Source: Gemmatimonadota bacterium
GTDB lineage: Bacteria; Gemmatimonadota; Gemmatimonadetes; Palauibacterales; Palauibacteraceae
Length of the DNA: 64,000 nt
Assembly: GCA_963666735.1 (NCBI GenBank)
Contig: OY762926.1
Location: 3,840,001 to 3,904,000 of the forward strand
Direction of reading: 5' to 3'
Shown: piece after piece, positions 33,438 to 41,428 of the stretch
Position numbering within the stretch: the stretch's first letter is position 1
Layout: each line of letters opens with the position of its first letter
The notes under the pieces: model-generated
Told to the model about the DNA's origin: nothing
The model's input: the letters and a program-made list of their open reading frames with translations, nothing else
The model's database searches: none
Program-made: the position numbers and the translations under genes

Positions 33438-33480
33438 ATCGGTTCCGAATCGGTTCTGAAGCCCTTCTAACGGTGATCAC

Positions 33481-34755
33481 ATGAAGCTCGATACCACGGG
33501 GGCCGGCCCGCGGCCCCGGTACTGGACGACACTCGCGGCGGCGATGCTGGCTGCCGCGTGTCCGGAAGGGGAGAACCCCGCCGACACGGTCGGTTCGGCG
33601 GAGCCGGGAACGGACATCGGAACGGACGTCGGAGCGGACCCCGCGCACCTTCGCGCGGGGCCGCCCCGCGTGCGACTCGGAAGCTGGACCGGTGAGGGAC
33701 ACACGGACTTCCACGACATCGCCGGTGTCGTCGTCGACCGGTCGGCCGACGCCCTGATCGTAGCGAACCGGGGGGACGCGACCCTGCGCGCGTTCACCCT
33801 CGATGGGGAGTGGCGCAGCACGCGGGGAGGAGTCGGGAGCGGCCCGCGCGAACTCGAGGAACTGACGGCGCTGTTCGAATACCGCGGCGACTCCCTCGCC
33901 GCATACGATGGAGAACGGGGCGACGTCTCCATTTGGCCGTATGCCGGCGGGGACGTGCGGCGAGTTCCCGTCCCGACCCTTTCGGGGGACACGCTGCGGA
34001 CCCCGGGGTTCCACGGTTCCACGGTCGACGGCCGGCTGGTGTGGGCGGTGTCGAGACTCGACCGGATCGTCGACGAGATCGGCGAGTCCCACCCGCGGCG
34101 CCTTGTCATCTTCCTGACGTCGCCGGAGGGAGCGGGCTTCGATCCCATCGCCGAGACCACGGGTGAACGGTTCTTCCAGTACGGGGGAGACGCGTACATC
34201 TCGGGCAGGATTCCGTTTTCTCCCCGGGCCTTCGTGCTCCCACGCGACTCGGACATTCTCTACGGGTCCACGGAACGTCCGCGCGCGGAGCGCGTTGCGG
34301 ATACCGGCGTCTCGCTGGCTCCGATCGCATTCTCGGTCACGGCGGCTCCCGTTACGGCCGCGCATCGGGAGACGGCGCTTGCGGGCATCCGCGCTCGGCT
34401 GGACCGGCCCCTCCCGACCTCGCTTCGGACCCTCATAGCAACCACGCTCGATGTGTGGGCGTTTCCCGACTCCTTCCCGGTTCTGGGCGATGTCGCGGCC
34501 GGCGAGGACGGGCGCGTGTGGGTGACCGCCTCCCGGCCGCCGGAGGCGGACCCCACCCGCGCGGCAGTAGAGATCACGGTCTGGCGCGTGTACGCGGGAC
34601 CGGGAAGCCCGGGCCGGGACATCGAATTCCCCGGCGATTTCCGCCTGCTGTGGGCCGACGAAACCGAAGCCGTCGGAGTGGTGCGGGATGAACTCGACAT
34701 AGAACACGTCCTGGTCCTGCCGCTTCCGCCGGTCGCCGGCCCGATGGACTCATGA
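33481..34755 (+). CDS. 6-bladed beta-propeller-type lipoprotein
   Basis: LAAAC lipobox; FHDIAGVVVD, RAFTLDGEW...GGVGSGPRE, AGEDGRVWV, C-terminal RDELDIEHV. Confidence 0.8.
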   Translation: MKLDTTGAGPRPRYWTTLAAAMLAAACPEGENPADTVGSAEPGTDIGTDVGADPAHLRAGPPRVRLGSWTGEGHTDFHDIAGVVVDRSADALIVANRGDATLRAFTLDGEWRSTRGGVGSGPRELEELTALFEYRGDSLAAYDGERGDVSIWPYAGGDVRRVPVPTLSGDTLRTPGFHGSTVDGRLVWAVSRLDRIVDEIGESHPRRLVIFLTSPEGAGFDPIAETTGERFFQYGGDAYISGRIPFSPRAFVLPRDSDILYGSTERPRAERVADTGVSLAPIAFSVTAAPVTAAHRETALAGIRARLDRPLPTSLRTLIATTLDVWAFPDSFPVLGDVAAGEDGRVWVTASRPPEADPTRAAVEITVWRVYAGPGSPGRDIEFPGDFRLLWADETEAVGVVRDELDIEHVLVLPLPPVAGPMDS

Positions 34756-35396
34756 AGCGGCCCGGAGTCCAGGACATCGGCTTGGCGGTGTGCTTCCTCC
34801 TCCTCGCTGCCATCGCGTTCCGGCCATCGGGGGTCGTGGGTAGCCGTATCCGAGAGTGGAACGCCGAGCGGCAGGTGCTCGCGCTGTATCGCGAGGAAGG
34901 GAAGAAGGCCGCTGCGACCAGGAAGAGTGTGCTCGGAAGCGGCGATGCCGCGCACGTGATCTTCGAGTTCAGCGACTACCGCTGCCCCTTCTGCCGTTCG
35001 TCTCACGAGATCGTGGACGAGTGGGTTGCCGGCGACAGCGTGAAGGTCGTGCTGGTTCACGTTCCGCTCTCCGACCGCACGCGAGAGGCTGCGCGGACGG
35101 CGATCTGCGCGGAAAAGAGCGGGGCCTTTCGGCGCCTGCACGACTACCTCATGACGAACGACGACTGGGAGTCCATGGACGTGGCCTGGGAGTCCGTTGC
35201 CGCGGCGGCCGGCGTTCCCGCGGGAACGCGGTTCGTCCGCTGCCTGGAGTCGGCGGCGACGACCGAGCGCCTCGCCCGCGACGCCGCGCTCGCCGCCCGC
35301 TGGCGGGTCACCGGCACCCCGACCTTCGTATCGGAGCACGCCCGGATCGCCGGAGCCGTGTCGGAGGCCGACCTCGCAGAGTTGCTCGGCCGGTAG
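34752..35396 (+). CDS. DsbA-family thioredoxin-fold disulfide oxidoreductase, membrane anchored
   Basis: FEFSDYRCPFC active site, HVPL, VTGTPTF cis-Pro loop, N-terminal TM. Confidence 0.9.
   Translation: MKRPGVQDIGLAVCFLLLAAIAFRPSGVVGSRIREWNAERQVLALYREEGKKAAATRKSVLGSGDAAHVIFEFSDYRCPFCRSSHEIVDEWVAGDSVKVVLVHVPLSDRTREAARTAICAEKSGAFRRLHDYLMTNDDWESMDVAWESVAAAAGVPAGTRFVRCLESAATTERLARDAALAARWRVTGTPTFVSEHARIAGAVSEADLAELLGR
35212..35229. repeat. Perfect palindrome GCGTTCCCGCGGGAACGC (parS-like copy 1)
   Basis: 16-bp core CGTTCCCGCGGGAACG identical at 41155 and 58496. Confidence 0.7.
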
Positions 35397-35445
35397 TCCG
35401 TACCTATCCTTGCATATCACATATTGTACTATGTAATTTACAAGG

Positions 35446-36648
35446 ATGTTGATTCCAAGGAGTGCAGCGAACGACATCGAGCACGGGCTGGCGCGCCAAG
35501 CGGCCGTCGCCCTGCTCGGCGTGCGACAGGTGGGCAAGACCACCCTGGCCCTGGACATCGCCCGGCGAACCGGGGCGGTCTACCTCGACCTTCAGACGCG
35601 CTCGGCCCGTACGAAGCTGTCCGATCCGCAGTTCTTTCTGGGCCAATACGCGGATCGTCTCGTGATCCTGGATGAAGTTCACCGCGTCCCGGATCTGTTC
35701 CCCGAGCTACGGAGCCTCATCGACCGGGGTCGGCGCCACGGACGGCGGACCGGTCGTTTCCTCATCCTGGGATCGGCCTCCGTCGAACTGCTCAAACAGG
35801 CCGGCGAGAGCCTGGCCGGCAGAATCGAGTTCGTGTCCCTTGGGCCTCTGAACGTGCTCGAGAGCCAGGCCCACGCCGACACCGGAATACCGCTGTGGGT
35901 CCGGGGCGGGCTGCCCGACAGCTTCCTGGCCGCGAGCGATGAGGACAGCTACGCCTTCCGCAGGCACTTCATTCAGACCTACCTGGAGCGGGACGTGGGA
36001 GAGTTCGTGGCGCGGCGGCTGCCGGCGGAGACGCTCCGCCGCCTGTGGACGATGCTCGCGCACTGGCAGGGAGGGCTGCTCCGCGCCTCGGAACTGGCCC
36101 GAAGCCTCGCGATCAACACGGCGACGGTAGGCCGTTACATCGATACGCTGACCAGCCTCTTCATCGTGCGGCGGCTGCCTCCCTTCCTGACGAACGTGCG
36201 CAAGCGGCTCGTCAAGTCGCCCAAGGTCTATGTCCGTGACAGCGGCCTCGTACACGCACTCCTGCGCATCGGCGATTTCGAGGCACTCGCGGGGCACCCC
36301 GTATCGGGCGCCAGCTGGGAGGGATTCGTCATCGAAAATCTGCTCGCGGCGGCTCCGCCGGAAACCGGGGCGAGCTTCTACCGGACGCAGGCCGGAGCGG
36401 AAATGGACCTCGTCCTGGAGCTGCCGGGCTTCGCGAGGCCGTGGGCCATCGAGATCAAACGTGGTCTCGTGCCTCGGCCCGGCCGAGGGTTCCGAAACGC
36501 CCTGGAGGATCTACGGCCGGATCGCGCATTCGTAGTCTACGGAGGCGATGAGAGGTACGCTCTCGCATCCGGCGTTGAGGCGATCGGCGTGAAGGAAATG
36601 GCCAAGCTTCTCGCGAGTCTCCGCACTCCACGCGCGCAGGATCTGTAG
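35446..36648 (+). CDS. AAA+ ATPase with DUF4143 domain and C-terminal restriction-endonuclease-like motif
   Basis: GVRQVGKT, VILDEVHR, FLILGSAS, KRLVKSPKVYVRDSGL, EMDLVL...AIEIK; AT-rich imperfect inverted repeat at 35409-35444 upstream. Confidence 0.92.
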   Translation: MLIPRSAANDIEHGLARQAAVALLGVRQVGKTTLALDIARRTGAVYLDLQTRSARTKLSDPQFFLGQYADRLVILDEVHRVPDLFPELRSLIDRGRRHGRRTGRFLILGSASVELLKQAGESLAGRIEFVSLGPLNVLESQAHADTGIPLWVRGGLPDSFLAASDEDSYAFRRHFIQTYLERDVGEFVARRLPAETLRRLWTMLAHWQGGLLRASELARSLAINTATVGRYIDTLTSLFIVRRLPPFLTNVRKRLVKSPKVYVRDSGLVHALLRIGDFEALAGHPVSGASWEGFVIENLLAAAPPETGASFYRTQAGAEMDLVLELPGFARPWAIEIKRGLVPRPGRGFRNALEDLRPDRAFVVYGGDERYALASGVEAIGVKEMAKLLASLRTPRAQDL

Positions 36649-36818
36649 CGTCCCGTACCCCGCGGCGCCTGCGGCCTGCCTTTGAGACTGCGTTGACGCA
36701 CGAAGCCAAGTATGGGGTGGACCTCGGGAGCAAGGGACGGAGGGACCGTCTCGAGGGTCGGGCCGCGGGAACGGAACAGGGGCCAGCCCGGCGCGCCCGA
36801 ACGCAAGAAGGGAGGACG

Positions 36819-37049
36819 ATGATGAAGCGACGATGGGCACTCCTGGCTTTCAATCTCGTGCTGGCCACGGCCATCCTCGTACAGCCCGGCAGGGCGGCGT
36901 CCACATGCGACTTCAACGACTGCACCTGCGCATGCCTGGAGCTATGGGAGAACTGCTTCACGGACTGGGACGAGGTACGGAAGTGCGACTGGTTGTACGG
37001 GATCTGCATGTGGCTTACGTCGTGCGAGGCGGAGCCGACACGACTCTGA
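36819..37049 (+). CDS. Small secreted Cys-rich peptide 2 (8 Cys)
   Basis: GGAGG RBS; MMKRRWALLAFNLVLATAILVQPGRAAS leader followed by TCDFNDCTCACLELWENC...KCDWLYGICMWLTSC. Confidence 0.85.
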   Translation: MMKRRWALLAFNLVLATAILVQPGRAASTCDFNDCTCACLELWENCFTDWDEVRKCDWLYGICMWLTSCEAEPTRL

Positions 37050-37693
37050 TGGTCGGCCCGTCAAGCACCGGTGCGAGGAGGATCGCGGCCATCGTGATGA
37101 TGGCCGCGGTCCTCTGCGCACTCCCGGGGTGCGGTGAGCCTCCGGTCGAGTGGCCGGAGTCGAGTCCGTTCCCCACCCGGTCCATTCACCTGGGCATGAC
37201 GCATGGCGAATTGATGAGGGCACGCACCACGCTCTACGTCAACGAGGAGGGCAGGATCGAGGAAGCCGTCGTCCGAGGCTGGATGCACTACGGCTTCACG
37301 GCGTCGCGCCTTGGACCGCCGGACGCGGGCTCCAAACTCATCTACGTCGATATCGAGGAAAACGAGACGAATCGCCGGCGGGCAGAGACTCGATGGGCCA
37401 CACTCGTGGCCGACTTGGCGGAAGATCTCGGCGTGGAGCCCGAGTGCATGGAACTGAAGTACGGACGGCTCGACCTTCGGCGCGCGACGCTGCTCCCGCG
37501 CGATTCGACTCTCGCAGCGGCCGTCGAGGTCCACATCGAGTCGGAAGCTCCCGGGTCCGAAGTGGCCGGCGTGACCACCCGCATGTGGCTCCCGGAGCAC
37601 CCGTCGTCGCTCGCCGACGGCACACGTCTCCCGGGCGCGGCACTGCCCGATTGGCAGCCTTGCGAGGAGTCGCCGGGCTCCCCGCCCGGTTAG
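37049..37693 (+). CDS. Hypothetical lipoprotein coupled to peptide 2
   Basis: ATG overlaps the peptide TGA (TGATG); LPGC lipobox; IHLGMTHGELMRAR. Confidence 0.7.
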   Translation: MVGPSSTGARRIAAIVMMAAVLCALPGCGEPPVEWPESSPFPTRSIHLGMTHGELMRARTTLYVNEEGRIEEAVVRGWMHYGFTASRLGPPDAGSKLIYVDIEENETNRRRAETRWATLVADLAEDLGVEPECMELKYGRLDLRRATLLPRDSTLAAAVEVHIESEAPGSEVAGVTTRMWLPEHPSSLADGTRLPGAALPDWQPCEESPGSPPG

Positions 37694-38469
37694 CGCACTT
37701 CCGTCGGACGGGTCGCCCCGGGTCTCGCCCAGGCGGCGTCTCCCGTCGTGATGCGGGTCAGCGCGTTGTCGAGGTCGGCCATGTACCGGCCCACATCGGC
37801 CTCGGCGATCGGAGGGCCGTGGATCGGCGCGATCCAGGCCGGAGGATGCCGTTCCAGCATGGTGCGCAGGGCGCCCATGACGCGCTCCGGGTCCGCGTAG
37901 CGCAGCCAGGGCAGGGTCTGGGCGTGGAATTCGTGCACGCCTTCCGCGCGTCCGTCCTCCGGGATCCGTCCCCAATCGATGTCGCAGGCGCCGGGGGCGT
38001 GCAGTGTACCGAAGCCGTCCGCCACGAAGAGCGTGCGCGAGGCTGCGTCGTAGACCCACGTCGTGTGGTTGCGGTCGGCGAGCGGAGGGTCGAGAACCAC
38101 GAAGCGTCGGCCGAGGACGTCCGTCACGTCTCCGATCTTCGTGCGGCGCGCGTACGGGAGCCCCTGAAGGTCGGGGTCGCCGCAGGAGGCGACGATCTCG
38201 AAGTCGCCCCAGTCCCGGCGAAAGGCGGGAATGTTGCCCGAGTGGGGATAGTCGGAGTGGGACAGGATGATGGCCCCGACGCCCCGCCCGGCGGTGGCGT
38301 CGCGGATTCGGTCCGAGAGGCGCCGCCGGTGGTGGAAGGAGCCGGAGTCCAGGAGGATCGCCCCCTCCGGCGCCTCGACGAGATAGACCGAGACGTGGAT
38401 GTGGGCGTCCGTCTCCGGGAAGCACTCGTGGACCCAGGAGACCCCGCCGCCCAGATGGATGACGCTCAC
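37690..38469 (-). CDS. Metallo-beta-lactamase-fold protein (FprA/ODP-like)
   Basis: SVYLV...ILLDSG, LSHSDYPHSGN, TLFVADGFG, IAPIHG. Confidence 0.85.
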   Translation of the reverse strand: MSVIHLGGGVSWVHECFPETDAHIHVSVYLVEAPEGAILLDSGSFHHRRRLSDRIRDATAGRGVGAIILSHSDYPHSGNIPAFRRDWGDFEIVASCGDPDLQGLPYARRTKIGDVTDVLGRRFVVLDPPLADRNHTTWVYDAASRTLFVADGFGTLHAPGACDIDWGRIPEDGRAEGVHEFHAQTLPWLRYADPERVMGALRTMLERHPPAWIAPIHGPPIAEADVGRYMADLDNALTRITTGDAAWARPGATRPTEVR

Positions 38470-38503
38470 CGTGCGCTCCCGCTCAGGCGACGTGTTCGCC
38501 CGC

Positions 38504-39385
38504 TCACAGGACGCCGCCGCGCCCGCCCGCCGCCACCCGCCGCACGACCTCGTTCAGGCGTTCGTAGTAGGGCGCCGCGTCCTCCCCCGGGATCGGAAGT
38601 CCGTGCGCCGGCGCGAACCCGTAGCCGTCAAAGCGGGCCGCAAGCGCGCCCGTCGCCGCCGTCACCTTTTGCGGCACCACGTACTGGAACCAGAACATGA
38701 CCCGGCTGTGGAACTCCTCGAGGCGCCCCACGTCCACCGGCGTGTCGATTTCGTCCGTGCGCCGCAGGCATTCGCCGCTCTGGTGCGGGAACCCCATCCA
38801 GTCGACCGTGAAGAGGGTGCGGGTCGTCTCCTCGCTCATCCACGTGTGAATCGCGGCGTCGAGGAAGGTCGCCTCCGGAAAGCGGACCCGGAGCCCGCCG
38901 AGATCGATTTCGTCATCGGGCCCCACCTTCATCGCGTCGTCGAGGTGGTACAGCGCGTGCGTCTCGCCGGTCGCCGGCGCCACGAGACGGCAGTCCGGGT
39001 AGCGCCGCAGCACCTGCATCGTATTCCCCGCGTGCGGCACGTCGGGATGCGAGAGGGCGAGGTAGTCGAGCGGTCGCTCCCCAAGTAGTTCCTCGAGCCC
39101 CGGGACCAGGACATGGCCCGAAGCCGGAGAGAGGGTGTCCCAGAGCAGCGTCCGGTCGCCCGTCAGCAGGTACGCGTTCTGCGGAACGTGAAGCTCGTTC
39201 CCAGGCGTGTACCAGTCCGCGCCGCTCTCCCGCACCGCGCGCGCGATCCCGGCCCGGTGCCCGCCGCACTCCTGGATCCAGTGGATCCCGGGCCAAACGT
39301 CGCGCCGCCAGCCGGCTTCCGTTCGCGCCGTCGGCATCGGGGCCGCAGTCGGCGGCTTCGTGGCGTCGCTTCCGAGTTCGTTCAT
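38504..39385 (-). CDS. Metallo-beta-lactamase-fold protein (FprA/ODP-like), paralogue
   Basis: QNAYLL...LLWDT, LSHPDVPHAGN, TLFTVDWMG, FAPAHG. Confidence 0.85.
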   Translation of the reverse strand: MNELGSDATKPPTAAPMPTARTEAGWRRDVWPGIHWIQECGGHRAGIARAVRESGADWYTPGNELHVPQNAYLLTGDRTLLWDTLSPASGHVLVPGLEELLGERPLDYLALSHPDVPHAGNTMQVLRRYPDCRLVAPATGETHALYHLDDAMKVGPDDEIDLGGLRVRFPEATFLDAAIHTWMSEETTRTLFTVDWMGFPHQSGECLRRTDEIDTPVDVGRLEEFHSRVMFWFQYVVPQKVTAATGALAARFDGYGFAPAHGLPIPGEDAAPYYERLNEVVRRVAAGGRGGVL

Positions 39386-39448
39386 GCGCGGCAGTCTACG
39401 CGGCCCCCGCCCGTCGCCACCAGTCCGGGAGATCCGCGCCCGCCGGTC

Positions 39449-39832
39449 CTATCCCAGCCGGAAGTTCAGCGCCGCCGCACCCTCCGCCTGCCGTTCGTCG
39501 AGAGTGATGAACGAGATGGCCGAAGGCCGCGGGGCTACATGCAGGGCGCACGCCACGTGCCAGAGATCCGCGCCCCGCAAATCGCCGGCCCGGAGCGCGG
39601 CCCGCATCTGTCGCGACAGAGGCCGGCTCGGCTGAATCCAGCTGAACCCGGCGACCAGATCCTCCGGAAAGGGCTTTCCTTCTCTGGCGCAGACGGATCG
39701 CAGTTCGGCTTCCAGGAGGTTGGATGACATCAGGTCCCGGAACCTGCGCAATCGGCGGACGATCTCGTCCGCGCCGGCCTCGACGAAAGCGACCGAGACG
39801 AGCGCGGACGTGTCCACATAGGCGGCGCTCAC
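39449..39832 (-). CDS. vapC: PIN-domain (VapC-like) toxin
   Basis: AYVDTSALV, SNLLEAEL, LRGADLWHVACA, FITLDERQ. Confidence 0.88.
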   Translation of the reverse strand: MSAAYVDTSALVSVAFVEAGADEIVRRLRRFRDLMSSNLLEAELRSVCAREGKPFPEDLVAGFSWIQPSRPLSRQMRAALRAGDLRGADLWHVACALHVAPRPSAISFITLDERQAEGAAALNFRLG

Positions 39833-39935
39833 TCTCCCCGGTCGGCCAGAAAGCGTTTCAGGGTGCCCGGCACCGGCGTACCCAGCTCGAGGGGCTCCCG
39901 TGGCCTGTCCTCGACGAAGGCGTCACATTTCCTCC

Positions 39936-40928
39936 ATGAATGTCAGAGGATGGTCTACTCCATCATCAGGACGTCAATTCGCGTGGGCCGCGGCGGCCTT
40001 CGCGGCGGCCGGCTGTTCGCCGTCCGGAGAGGAGGCGGCGTTCCCGAGCCGGCCCATCGAGATCGTCTCGTGGGCGACACCCGGCGGACCGACCGACCTC
40101 CTCTCGCGGGCCCTGGCCGACGCCGCGCCCCCGCACTTCGAGGGTCGGCGCGTCACAGTCATGACGCGGCAGGGCGGGGCGGGCGCCGCCGGCATGCAGT
40201 ACCTGCAGGGGCGGGAAGCCGATCCGCATGTGCTCGGGGTCTTCACGGCGAGCGGCACCGTGAACATGGCGACGGGGCGGATTCCGTTCTCTCCCGAGGA
40301 CTTCACCCCCATCCTCCGCATCCAGATCGATCCCTTCCTGATCGCGGTGCGGGACGACAGTCCCTTCCACACGCTCGGGGACCTGTTCGCGGCGGCCCAC
40401 GCCCGGCCGGGCGAGGTCTCGATGGCGGGGTTCGGGGCGGCGTCGGCCCACTTCCTCGGCTTCGCCCGTCTGAGGGCTGCGGCGGGCGACCCGGATGTCC
40501 GCTGGATTGCGTACGAGGGGTCGGCTGACGCGGTGGTGGCGGCGCTCGGCGGGCACACGGACGCGGCGCACACGAACTACAACATCGTGCGTGAGCACCT
40601 GAGAGCGGGGACCATGCGGGTACTGGGCGTGGCGCTTCCCGTCGAGGCGCTGCCGGACACGCCGAGCTACGCGGAGCAGGGATACGACCTCCAGCCCGTC
40701 CATTGGCGGGGCGTGGTCGGACCGCCGGGACTCGCCCCCGAATTGCGCGCCGACATCCGCGCGCGGCTGCTGGCCGCCATCGAGGACCCGGGGTTCCGCG
40801 AATACATGGAGCGGGCCGCGCTGGAATACGCGACGATGGCGGACGCGGACGCGTTCGGCGCCTGGATGGCCGAGGAGGTGGCGACGAGCCGGGACATGCT
40901 GCGGCGGCTGGGAATCCTGGATGAGTAG
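39936..40928 (+). CDS. tctC: Tripartite tricarboxylate transporter substrate-binding protein
   Basis: AAGC lipobox, FPSRPIEIV..PGGPTDLLSR, GGAGAAG, HWRGVVGPPGL. Confidence 0.9.
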   Translation: MNVRGWSTPSSGRQFAWAAAAFAAAGCSPSGEEAAFPSRPIEIVSWATPGGPTDLLSRALADAAPPHFEGRRVTVMTRQGGAGAAGMQYLQGREADPHVLGVFTASGTVNMATGRIPFSPEDFTPILRIQIDPFLIAVRDDSPFHTLGDLFAAAHARPGEVSMAGFGAASAHFLGFARLRAAAGDPDVRWIAYEGSADAVVAALGGHTDAAHTNYNIVREHLRAGTMRVLGVALPVEALPDTPSYAEQGYDLQPVHWRGVVGPPGLAPELRADIRARLLAAIEDPGFREYMERAALEYATMADADAFGAWMAEEVATSRDMLRRLGILDE

Positions 40929-41418
40929 TTCCTCCGCGGGCGGGGCCGCGCGGTTGCGCCTGCTCGCGGAAGCCGGATTGCTCGCCGTCGTGGCGGCGGG
41001 GGTCCTGCTGGACTCGCGCTTCTACCCGGGATCGCTGGCCGAGGGAGCGCCGGGTCCGGCCTTCTTCCCCCGGCTGCTCGCCGTGCTGCTCATGGGTTGC
41101 GCGGCCTGGCTCGCGGTCCGGGCCGCGCGACAGCCCCCGGAGTCGGCCTCGGGACGTTCCCGCGGGAACGTCTCCGCGGGCCCGAGAGCCGGCCACGGCG
41201 CCCGTCTGGGGCTGGGAGCGGCGTGGATCGCCGTCTTCCTCCTCGCCTGGCCACGGTTCGGGACCATCGTGTCGGTGCCGTTCCTCGTGGCCGGGCTGAT
41301 GTGGCTGACGGGCGAGCGCTCGCGGCTCGCGCTCGTCTCCGTACCGCTCGTCTTCGCCGCCTTCATCTATCTCGTGTTCATGGTGGCGCTCGGCGTGCCG
41401 CTCCCGTCCGGGTTCTGA
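40921..41418 (+). CDS. tctB: Tripartite tricarboxylate transporter small membrane subunit
   Basis: GPAFFPRLL, YLVFMVALGVPLPSG. Confidence 0.88.
   Translation: MSSSSAGGAARLRLLAEAGLLAVVAAGVLLDSRFYPGSLAEGAPGPAFFPRLLAVLLMGCAAWLAVRAARQPPESASGRSRGNVSAGPRAGHGARLGLGAAWIAVFLLAWPRFGTIVSVPFLVAGLMWLTGERSRLALVSVPLVFAAFIYLVFMVALGVPLPSGF
41153..41172. repeat. Perfect palindrome GACGTTCCCGCGGGAACGTC (parS-like copy 2)
   Basis: Identical 20-mer at 58494-58513; lies in a tctB loop. Confidence 0.7.
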
Positions 41419-41428
41419 GCCGCCGCCC

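Noticed and set aside
33180..37049. Classical RiPP cluster (lanthipeptide, ranthipeptide or sactipeptide)
   Set aside because: No radical SAM, LanB/C/M, YcaO or peptidase-ABC transporter nearby; the leader is a hydrophobic Sec-type signal and the neighbour is DsbA. Modifying enzymes encoded elsewhere cannot be excluded
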